Positions 47,426-54,675 of a stretch of 56,064 nt of DNA are shown here, in pieces; the first letter of the stretch is position 1; every line of letters starts with the position of its first letter. The notes below the pieces were generated by a model. It had not been told where the DNA came from. It made no database searches and worked only from the letters and a program-made list of their open reading frames with translations. The DNA comes from a virus (Duplodnaviria > Caudoviricetes). The DNA lies in the IMG/VR virus record IMGVR_UViG_3300024500_000038, positions 1 through 56,064 of that record. One strand, given 5' to 3'. The position numbers and the translations under genes are program-made.

Positions 47426-47962
47426 CTAGAAGTTTACGCGTAAGATCCCGCCAAACTGTCCAAGCTCGTTCCATTCACGCATTTTGCGGTAAACGCCATC
47501 TCCGTCACGGTTGACTTCTGTAACATCTGATGGTTCTGGGCCAGTGTTACCCTCAATCGTCCATACACCGTTCTCGAATGACTGCGTCACAATACCGATG
47601 TGTGCAATGCGACATTTGGTGCGACTGTAGAACAATGCTAGGTCACCTCTGCGCGCCGGCGTGTGGTCCAAGGCAAGCTGCGCTCTTGGTATCCAAAGAT
47701 CGTTTGCTTTTGCATAACGCTCCCAGTCCGGTGTAAATCCAGATCGTGGGAACCCAGAGACGTAAGTTGTGTTTAATTCTGTGGCAGCAATCTTCATGCA
47801 CGCGCGAACAAAAGCTGCGCAGTATGGTGATCCTGGAGTCAGGGCAGGCACAGCCATCTTTTGAAACATCTCTACCTCGTCGCCGCGGTTTTCACCTTCT
47901 TCTCGGACGTGTAGATATCTCTTTGCTACTTCAACTGTTTTCAGAGCTATTTGCCGACTCAT
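47426..47962 (-). CDS. CHAP-domain endolysin/amidase
   Basis: PYCAAFV (Cys), HIGIV (His), IEGNT. Confidence 0.85.
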   Translation of the reverse strand: MSRQIALKTVEVAKRYLHVREEGENRGDEVEMFQKMAVPALTPGSPYCAAFVRACMKIAATELNTTYVSGFPRSGFTPDWERYAKANDLWIPRAQLALDHTPARRGDLALFYSRTKCRIAHIGIVTQSFENGVWTIEGNTGPEPSDVTEVNRDGDGVYRKMREWNELGQFGGILRVNF

Positions 47963-48278
47963 TGATATCCTCTTGTGTAAAGATTTCTGGCCAGACTTGC
48001 CAATCCGTCGCCGTTAAGTCATCAAGTGAGATTATCCAATCCCACGATTCAAACAATGGTAAGTCCGGCGCACCCGGGCTAATAGAGATAATGTTTTCCT
48101 CAGGAACTCCACGAATACATATCCCCTGATTCAACTCCAACTCAAAATCCTCATCAGACACAAATAATCCGCTATGCAGGTTGTTGCCGTTGAATATGGA
48201 GTAAAGATAGCCATCATCCGACATCCTGTGACAAAACCTGCCAGCAATTAAGTATGGCCGGATCTCTTCAAAGGTCAT
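47931..48278 (-). CDS. DUF2829/Tad2-like protein
   Basis: MTFEEIRPYLIAGRFCHR...SLDDLTATDWQV; ATGA-coupled start at 48278. Confidence 0.55.
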   Translation of the reverse strand: MTFEEIRPYLIAGRFCHRMSDDGYLYSIFNGNNLHSGLFVSDEDFELELNQGICIRGVPEENIISISPGAPDLPLFESWDWIISLDDLTATDWQVWPEIFTQEDINESANSSENS

Positions 48279-48448
48279 GGGGTGCGTTTGCGAAGCTCCT
48301 TGCCGCATGCTGCAAACAATTGTTTGAGTTGTGTCGTAGACATTAGTTCGACTTCGCGATCCAGATCCAAACCTAGCATGTATACCGACAGTGAAGTGAC
48401 TTCTCGATCTACCAGTTTCAATTTCTTCCGTAACCATTCACGCAACAT
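48275..48448 (-). CDS. hypothetical protein
   Basis: AGGAGG SD before ATG 48448. Confidence 0.7.
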   Translation of the reverse strand: MLREWLRKKLKLVDREVTSLSVYMLGLDLDREVELMSTTQLKQLFAACGKELRKRTP

Positions 48449-48682
48449 TATCCACCTCCTACTGGCCATTCTACAACAAACAGGGACCACGTATACCTAC
48501 GCAGTCCCTGCCATTTGTGTTGTTGTTGATACCGGGTAACCCGGTTTCCAATAAGCTCACTCAGTTACGATGTGGCAATTGATTGTACCTATGAGTGCGA
48601 TAATATATGCGTCGAAACGCGATGAAAACTTAAAAGTCCACCCATCATGCCAAAACCTATGACAATTGAGTCGAGCGAATCT

Positions 48683-48707
48683 AAAGCCCCTTCACAGAGG
48701 GGCTTTT
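48683..48707. terminator. intrinsic terminator hairpin
   Basis: AAAGCCCCT-tcacag-AGGGGCTTTT next to the thermonuclease stop. Confidence 0.75.
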
Positions 48708-48711
48708 CTAA

Positions 48712-49059
48712 TTAGCGTTTACCGCCTTCGTAATCAACACCGTGACCCGCTAGTTTGAGCGCGTCGGCAAGGCTCTGACCATCAGAAACAACTGTTCCTA
48801 GAATACGTCCGTACTTGTCTTCGCGGTGGTTTTTCACGCTGATTACAACGTCTGACTTCTTGCTAGTGACCCAATTCCACGTAAACTGCTTGGCTGTTAC
48901 TCCAGCCTCAGTATCCTTCTCAGGGCAGTTAATATGCTCAAGGCGAATCTTCTTACCCGCAAGTATTACGCCGAAGCCCAGGTCAAGATCAGCCTTAAGC
49001 GTGTCGCCATCTACAACAGATATATTCTTCAATGAGTATTGATATAGAGTTGATTTCAT
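48712..49059 (-). CDS. thermonuclease (SNase-like)
   Basis: VVDGDTL...DLGFG...IRLEHINCPE...DKYGRILG. Confidence 0.9.
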   Translation of the reverse strand: MKSTLYQYSLKNISVVDGDTLKADLDLGFGVILAGKKIRLEHINCPEKDTEAGVTAKQFTWNWVTSKKSDVVISVKNHREDKYGRILGTVVSDGQSLADALKLAGHGVDYEGGKR

Positions 49060-49442
49060 CGGTGCCTTGCCGCCTTACGTGCAATGGATTTTGGCTGTGC
49101 TACGAACTGTTTGCCTGCGCGATTACCGGCAGCTTTAGCTCGGTTAGTAGCAGCTACTTCACCTTTAGACAATGAACCCCACGCCTTGTCTGGTAGGTAG
49201 CGTTTCTTTCCTTCACTAGGCGTTCCATCGGATGTGCGCCACTTCTGATCAGTCCATTTTGCTAAACTGTTGTCAGCCTTCTTTGGACCTACGTAGCCGC
49301 CACCAGACTTCTTGTATTGCTGTGTAGCAAGCTGCGCTTTGCGAGCAGACCACTCACCAGGATCGCCACCCTTTGTACCAGCTTTAACACTTGCGACGAT
49401 ACGTTTCCACTTAGCGGGATCACGCTTTACAGCACTAGACAT
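49056..49442 (-). CDS. basic phage protein (DUF5872-like)
   Basis: GEWSARKAQL...YKKSGGGY...SLAKWTDQKWRT...RYLP. Confidence 0.8.
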   Translation of the reverse strand: MSSAVKRDPAKWKRIVASVKAGTKGGDPGEWSARKAQLATQQYKKSGGGYVGPKKADNSLAKWTDQKWRTSDGTPSEGKKRYLPDKAWGSLSKGEVAATNRAKAAGNRAGKQFVAQPKSIARKAARHR

Positions 49443-49471
49443 GTCTCAGTATAGCAAAAGCCATAAACAGC

Positions 49472-49500
49472 AAAAAGACCAGCATGGCGGACTGGTCTTT
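49472..49500 (-). terminator. intrinsic terminator
   Basis: On -: AAAGACCAG-N9-CTGGTCTTTTT. Confidence 0.65.
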
Positions 49501-49551
49501 CTGTTTGCAGAGTTTGTGTGTGTCGGGACTGACCGGGTTTCTGGCCTTTCC

Positions 49552-49728
49552 TTATTGATCTTTCGATCGATCAGATTCTACCATCTTGTTGACATCAACA
49601 ATATGGTCGTACACGTCCTTGCGCATAAACATAACTGCGTCCCCTTTAATAAGTGATGCGTCTTTTAACTTATTAGTAAAGGGTTTAGCAAAGGCAACTA
49701 GCCTAGTTCGTTTCTGGCCATTTTTCAT
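49552..49728 (-). CDS. 58-aa hypothetical protein (not in ORF track)
   Basis: MKNGQKRTRLVAFAKPF...DRSKDQ; AAGGGA SD; fills the gap before the terminator. Confidence 0.5.
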   Translation of the reverse strand: MKNGQKRTRLVAFAKPFTNKLKDASLIKGDAVMFMRKDVYDHIVDVNKMVESDRSKDQ

Positions 49729-49996
49729 TAGTGCTATCCCTTGTTAATACTGTTCGCTTTGCAGTGTTAAGTTTGTGACGATGCAGTGCGATGTGTACTG
49801 CCTCGATCATCTCATCAAACATGGGGTTGTTTATTTTCCCAGATACAACAACTTCACCATTGTCTTCCATTACAAACTTAACAAACGGCTCATCTGGATT
49901 AGCGTTAAAGTAAGTGACCAGCATACCAGCAGCTTCGTGTAGATCAGGATCGATGTCCTCGTCAGTTTTGCACACAGGCACAATTTTAAAATTCAT
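49703..49996 (-). CDS. hypothetical protein
   Basis: 97 aa, GGAGG SD. Confidence 0.7.
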   Translation of the reverse strand: MNFKIVPVCKTDEDIDPDLHEAAGMLVTYFNANPDEPFVKFVMEDNGEVVVSGKINNPMFDEMIEAVHIALHRHKLNTAKRTVLTRDSTNEKWPETN

Positions 49997-50181
49997 TCCA
50001 TTACCTCCCAGTCATCATGTAATAGGTCATCTATTGTTGGCTTACCATGCAGTTTCTCGTCTTTGTAGCGACATATGATGACCCTCGAATCTACAACTAT
50101 TGCGTACGTTCCTGGCAGCCATCTAGCCTGGCGCACGCGCTTGCCGTCACGTAATGCCTGTAGGGCTTCAATACCTGTCAT
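49993..50181 (-). CDS. DUF2829/Tad2-like protein (minimal)
   Basis: EALQALRDGKRVRQARW...KPTIDDLLHDDWEV. Confidence 0.75.
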   Translation of the reverse strand: MTGIEALQALRDGKRVRQARWLPGTYAIVVDSRVIICRYKDEKLHGKPTIDDLLHDDWEVME

Positions 50182-50575
50182 TCACAGCCTCCCAAGCAAG
50201 TACAACCCAGTCCTTTGCCAATAAGTCTTCCAGGCTAAGATCCAGCGTATATGTGATGCATTCCATTATTCCTTCTGGACAACTGTAAGCTCGGACAAAC
50301 CATCTGTTTTCAATGTCGTAGTAGTACCAACACTGCCAACATTTACGTGTAAACGGCAATCCAGTCTTGATCAACTCCATGCAACTATCTAAGGAAGAAC
50401 GCTTGAGCTTAACCTCACCGTTACGCATAGCTGACTGGATCCTATATATGTGTGTTGTACTGACACTCCATTTACGAGCAACCGTTTTAACGTTTACGCC
50501 AGCCGTAAGCTCATCCTGAATCCCTTTAATGTCTTTCTCGCTTAACTTCCTACGGTTATCGGTACTAGTGGCCAT
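50168..50575 (-). CDS. HTH + DUF2829/Tad2-like fusion protein
   Basis: N: KLSEKDI...VKTVARKWSVSTTHIYRI; C: MELIKTGLPFTRKCW...LSLEDLLAKDWVV. Confidence 0.6.
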   Translation of the reverse strand: MATSTDNRRKLSEKDIKGIQDELTAGVNVKTVARKWSVSTTHIYRIQSAMRNGEVKLKRSSLDSCMELIKTGLPFTRKCWQCWYYYDIENRWFVRAYSCPEGIMECITYTLDLSLEDLLAKDWVVLAWEAVNDRY

Positions 50576-50894
50576 AGTATTCCTCGTCACCGCGAAGCTT
50601 AATTACAAAAGCCTTGTAGGCTTCCATAATCGTTTCATGATCGCCATCGAACTCATCAATCAGATACTTGGGGAACCGACCAACATAGAAACACAGGATC
50701 CAGTCATCGACTAGCAAAGCTTCCGCCAGATCGTCGATGTAAGGCTCATAGCTGCGGCGCCCATGCTCGATACAGTTCATCATCTGTGGAGAAATGGATC
50801 CGTCGCCATCCAGGCGACGAACCCTACGCGCGAGCGCACGCTGTGACATGCCAAGGGCCTCACGGCGCTGCTTGATGTACTCATGCCCCTTCAT
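50565..50894 (-). CDS. XRE-family HTH regulator
   Basis: IKQRREALGMSQRALARRV...ISPQMMNCIEHGRR...LAEAL. Confidence 0.85.
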   Translation of the reverse strand: MKGHEYIKQRREALGMSQRALARRVRRLDGDGSISPQMMNCIEHGRRSYEPYIDDLAEALLVDDWILCFYVGRFPKYLIDEFDGDHETIMEAYKAFVIKLRGDEEYYGH

Positions 50895-51141
50895 CTTTTA
50901 CCTCCACTCCCCAGATAGGCGATTTGCCCATCGGGTGCCATTTACCAAGGACCCAGCAAGGATCGCAAAACGTATCAGCCTCAATCTCAATCGTCTCAAG
51001 CAAATGCTCAGACGGACCGTTATGCATAACAAACATCAACTGTAATTCCGAATACCGCAGGTATTCATCATCATTCCAACAATCGAGGCGTGCAGGGTAC
51101 CCATGCATAATCCACTCCAACGCCTTACTGATCGTTACCAT
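50881..51141 (-). CDS. divergent DUF2829/Tad2-like protein
   Basis: TISKALEWIMHGYPARLDCWN...DTFCDPCWVL. Confidence 0.45.
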   Translation of the reverse strand: MVTISKALEWIMHGYPARLDCWNDDEYLRYSELQLMFVMHNGPSEHLLETIEIEADTFCDPCWVLGKWHPMGKSPIWGVEVKDEGA

Positions 51142-51403
51142 TGCGTACCTTTATCCCTAGCTTATGAAGCAAACCAACCTTCTCCTCTGGCCGAAATTCA
51201 GAGTAATCACCAAGCGCTTCAAGCGCATCGATAGCTTTGTGGATAGCCCACGTAACGTCACGCGTGTCCTTCAAGAACGACGCCGACTCATACAAATCAT
51301 CTACAACAATGTCCCTGCGCAGCTTCTCGTACGCGCTCTGGCACGCAAGCATAGACGCCAACACACTACGATACTGCGACCACGCAGCTTCTCTCTTATT
51401 CAT
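51125..51403 (-). CDS. hypothetical protein
   Basis: GGAGG SD; TGgTATACT promoter upstream (~51422-51430). Confidence 0.7.
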   Translation of the reverse strand: MNKREAAWSQYRSVLASMLACQSAYEKLRRDIVVDDLYESASFLKDTRDVTWAIHKAIDALEALGDYSEFRPEEKVGLLHKLGIKVRNGNDQ

Positions 51404-51444
51404 AACAAACCTCCACCCGCAAGTATACCATGCAATCGCGCATA

Positions 51445-51996
51445 CTACGCGACTTCATTACCCCATACGTCCCAGCCAGGGTACGGTCTACGCGCGAACA
51501 ACTCGATCTTACGCATGCCCGGATACAACTGATCTATACGCTCATGCACAGCATCAGGCTTCCTGCTATGCTCCATTCGCGGCGCCATAACTACCTGTCT
51601 GACGCTCTCGTCAGACAGCTTCAAAGGCCTACCAGACTTGCAAGGGCTACCAACCAACACAAGCTCCGTCGTAGGCTTTACAACGCTAGGACGGACGCCC
51701 TGCGCGCCCACAGGCGTACCATCCTGCTTCGTCTTCACCCACACAAAGCCAACCCCCCTATACGCTAAGCCCCAGCCTCGCAATAAGTCCAGCGCAGCGT
51801 CCAGACGCGGACCAGTAGCCCACATAAACACCACGCTGCGCGAATGCAACAGCTGCTGGACAGGCAACGCCAACAGATCAGCGTCGCTCATCGTTGGGTA
51901 GAACTTCGCGGCGGCGCCCCACTTATCCTGGCTACCGCTATACGACCACGGGGGGTCACACAACACTACGTCATACTGAACGGAAGGGAAATCCAT
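51445..51996 (-). CDS. MT-A70-family N6-adenine methyltransferase
   Basis: DPPW, FMWAT, FVWVKT, EHSRKPD, IELFARR, GWDVWGNE. Confidence 0.93.
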   Translation of the reverse strand: MDFPSVQYDVVLCDPPWSYSGSQDKWGAAAKFYPTMSDADLLALPVQQLLHSRSVVFMWATGPRLDAALDLLRGWGLAYRGVGFVWVKTKQDGTPVGAQGVRPSVVKPTTELVLVGSPCKSGRPLKLSDESVRQVVMAPRMEHSRKPDAVHERIDQLYPGMRKIELFARRPYPGWDVWGNEVA

Positions 51997-52140
51997 ATAC
52001 ACCTCGGTACGTTATAACATGGCTTCTACGGCGGGAGAAAGTCAATTTTGAGGAGATGTTCCGTAGGCGTGGGGATCGTAAGAAAAAAATAATAAGGGGG
52101 CGGGGGCTTGCCATACCCCCCTGCCACACACGGTGTGTGA

Positions 52141-52156
52141 GGGAGGGAGGGGAGGG
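52141..52156 (+). other. canonical G-quadruplex-forming motif
   Basis: GGG-A-GGG-A-GGGG-A-GGG. Confidence 0.6.
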
Positions 52157-52183
52157 AAGGCACGGCGTCGCGTGCGTAGGGCG

Positions 52184-52327
52184 GCCCGCGGTAGCGGGCT
52201 GCTTCTCTTGGAGGGGGAGGCTTCCCCCGAACGGAAGCCATGCGGACGCATGGCCGCAGCTCCGCGCGGATGCGCGGGGCTGTAGCTCGCGCGGTAGCGC
52301 GATCTATTCCCAGCCGCGGATGCGGCT
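52184..52327 (+). repeat. cluster 1 of five short hairpins with GC-GG(TA/AT/AC)-GC cores
   Basis: Hairpins at 52184-52199, 52237-52254, 52262-52277, 52287-52302, 52312-52327. Confidence 0.85.
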
Positions 52328-52447
52328 TGTTTGCGTTCCTGTTCAAAAGGCGGCGGCAGCCGACTTGCGAACAGGAGCATCCATCCCCCCAGCAAGTATG
52401 CGATACTGTCCCTGTTGGTGGTTGGAACACTCTGAAAGGAAACTAGT

Positions 52448-52828
52448 ATGGAAAAAGATAGAATGTTTGCTATTTGCCGTGCGGCGAATACCTACTTCAA
52501 GAATATCGGTCACATCGACTGGGCGACAGACCGACAGTGCAAGTCATGGAATGTGGACTATTGGCGCATAACGCAGTCCGACAATGATTTTGCTGAGCCT
52601 ACCGCGTACGTTGTCGAATTCGACCTTGCAGTCTTCACCGATTGTGAAGGCGTAGAAAGTACTTGTGAAGGTACTTGCGACATGGGCGAAAGTGAACAAT
52701 TCCGCATCCATGTAGAATCCGGTCACGACGCGGAATGTTTGATGAAATACGCGCTGGCCGACCCAGACTGCTGGATTATGTCCATCAGGTCGGAACCTGA
52801 TAGCGTGCGAAAGTGGACGACTAGATAG
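52448..52828 (+). CDS. hypothetical early protein
   Basis: AAGGA SD; acidic, 126 aa. Confidence 0.7.
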   Translation: MEKDRMFAICRAANTYFKNIGHIDWATDRQCKSWNVDYWRITQSDNDFAEPTAYVVEFDLAVFTDCEGVESTCEGTCDMGESEQFRIHVESGHDAECLMKYALADPDCWIMSIRSEPDSVRKWTTR

Positions 52829-52837
52829 TTTAGACTG

Positions 52838-52859
52838 CCTGCCCGGGCAACCGGGCAGG
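52838..52859 (+). repeat. hairpin CCTGCCCGG-gcaa-CCGGGCAGG (copy 1 of 3)
   Basis: Related copies at 53179-53198 and 53281-53298. Confidence 0.8.
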
Positions 52860-52880
52860 TTTGAAGGAAAGGAAAGTAGA

Positions 52881-53168
52881 ATGAAACTCAAAACAATTGC
52901 AGGATTAGACGGGTACGAATTTGCTGGTGCTATCAGCAAGGCGACAGATAACGCGGAAATTGCCGAAGCGGCATATCAGCGTGCTAGAAATGCCAAACAT
53001 AACGCCAATTATCAAATTGAATGTCCGACAGTCTTTATCAGCGAAGCGGCCGCGGATTGGGATACTGTAATTTCATTGTCTGATATTCGCGCATTGGTAG
53101 CAAGCGTTGAAATTATCGCCGCAGAAAACGGTATCTTGCTGCCGCAGAATTGGCAGGTAATCTATTGA
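52881..53168 (+). CDS. hypothetical early protein
   Basis: AAGGAAAGGA SD; 95 aa. Confidence 0.7.
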   Translation: MKLKTIAGLDGYEFAGAISKATDNAEIAEAAYQRARNAKHNANYQIECPTVFISEAAADWDTVISLSDIRALVASVEIIAAENGILLPQNWQVIY

Positions 53169-53272
53169 TGCGGCGGAATAGCCCGGGCAACCGGGCTAGA
53201 CTTCGCGAGTTTATAGGTTTTGTTCTAATATTCGCGCTCGTAGTATTGGCCAGTGGCCTAAATAACAATTGA
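53168..53272 (+). CDS. 34-aa hydrophobic peptide (not in ORF track)
   Basis: MRRNSPGNRARLREFIGFVLIFALVVLASGLNNN; TGATG coupling; ends just before a terminator. Confidence 0.5.
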   Translation: MRRNSPGNRARLREFIGFVLIFALVVLASGLNNN

Positions 53273-53280
53273 AACTTTAC

Positions 53281-53304
53281 AGCCCGGGCGACCGGGCTTT
53301 TTTT
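53281..53304 (+). terminator. intrinsic terminator
   Basis: AGCCCGG-gcga-CCGGGCT followed by a T-run. Confidence 0.85.
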
Positions 53305-53503
53305 CCGGCCGGCCATTGAAGCCCAGCAGGTATGCGAGGGCTTCAATGGTGAGAGTAAAAGACAGTGTCACAAAGTGACGGCCTGATTATTTGTAGATAA
53401 TAGAATCAATATTAGACTCCACAAAAATAGTAATAGTAACCACGCGCTCCACTATATAGATCCATATACACATACACACATCGTTCTCTCAACCCTTTCA
53501 GTG

Positions 53504-53853
53504 GCGCGTAGCGCTGCGGATGCAGCGGTACGCAGGTCGCGTCCTTCCTCCCAGCTTTCTTCTACACAGGGCGTAGGTGGCGCGTGTGCGTCGCGGTAGC
53601 GTCCACATGCAGTGGGCGGTTGTGCTTTGCGAAGCGTAGGCGGTGCCTGGGATCAGGTATAGCCGTAGCGCAGCAGCTTCTCAATTCCCTCGCCGGGCAG
53701 TCGCCGGGCAACACATACACGCAGGTAAGCGGGTGCCTCGCCGGGCCGCGCGGGGCGCCGCGGTAGCGGCGTCCTGCGGCTGCGCGGAGCGCTGCGGATG
53801 CAGCGGTCTGCACCCCGCGGTAGCGGGGTTAGCACATAGCTGCGCGGATGCGC
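53504..53853 (+). repeat. cluster 2 of eight short hairpins with GGTA/GGAT/GTA/GGA loops
   Basis: 53504-14, 53512-27, 53592-601, 53756-71, 53782-92, 53790-805, 53812-29, 53842-53; 20-bp direct repeat AGCGCTGCGGATGCAGCGGT at 53510 and 53788. Confidence 0.85.
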
Positions 53854-54288
53854 GGGTATGTATTCGGGGGCCTCACAATTTGCTGTCGCTGTGCTATCCC
53901 CCTTGATGCGTTACACAAAGCGTGGAGTAGGGAAAAGGATCGCGAAGCGCACATACTTCTTCTCGGCAGCAGTGCGCCCACGCTCGCCTACCTGATTGCG
54001 TACTGTTCGTAGTGGGGGCAGATCGTATAGACACAAGCCTAAGCGTGGAAGCACGTCAGCTGCCGGGAAAAATTTTTTGGCCTTTCTGGGGGGAGTCTGG
54101 CCAGTTGTCGTACTGCACTAGGTCGCGCGCAATTGTGGAGGGCGCGCGCTTGGGCTGGCCGTTGGGGTTGTTCGGGCTGTCGATCGTGTCGCGCTAGGTG
54201 GTGCGGGTATGTGGCAATTTCGCTGTTGGCTACGTTCGCGCAACCTTGTTGCATTCTTTCGCGAAGCTCCGCGCGTTTTACACTCCGT

Positions 54289-54318
54289 TTGTCCGATTGC
54301 GTCCACTTGTCGTATACT
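54289..54318 (+). promoter_or_regulatory. putative promoter TTGTCC-N18-TATACT
   Basis: Upstream of the operon starting at 54363. Confidence 0.45.
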
Positions 54319-54362
54319 GTGCTGTGCCTGCGGCGTTGCAGGCCTGAAGGGTAATAGATCCA

Positions 54363-54674
54363 ATGTTTGATTATCTTACGCGCGCGGAAGTTACGCGGCT
54401 GGCTGTCCGGCTGGCGTGGTACGCGCTCTGCTTGCTTGGTTGTTTGTTTGCCGTTGGGTTGTGTTGTGCGTCCATTCTGGGGGCGTTTGATGTACCGGGC
54501 GTTATTCCATCGGATCGCATTAAATACGCGCGCGTTGCGTTGTTGGTGTTGTCTGGCATGGCGTCCATGGGGGCGTGGTGGTCAATCGATGACGCGCTCC
54601 GCGGCGCGGCGTTTCTGTCGTTTGGCCGTGGTTTGTCCCTGCGTGCGCGGGGTGTAAAGGGTGCAGGTAATTAG
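54363..54674 (+). CDS. two-TM membrane protein
   Basis: Two hydrophobic segments; GAAGG SD. Confidence 0.6.
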   Translation: MFDYLTRAEVTRLAVRLAWYALCLLGCLFAVGLCCASILGAFDVPGVIPSDRIKYARVALLVLSGMASMGAWWSIDDALRGAAFLSFGRGLSLRARGVKGAGN

Positions 54675-54675
54675 A

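Noticed and set aside
49630-49695. c-di-GMP-I riboswitch-like GCTAAACC...GGGACGCA hairpin on the minus strand
   Set aside because: No GNRA loop or P3 element, and it lies within a plausible 58-aa ORF.
51894-52571. ORFs across the GC-rich 52-kb region and 53562-54363
   Set aside because: Arg/Ala/Pro-rich products of GC-rich hairpin DNA with no translation signals; treated as non-coding.
52184-53853. Hairpin clusters as a CRISPR array or REP/RAYT elements
   Set aside because: Spacing is irregular, stems differ, GTAG lies in the loop rather than at the foot, and no HUH transposase or cas gene is present.
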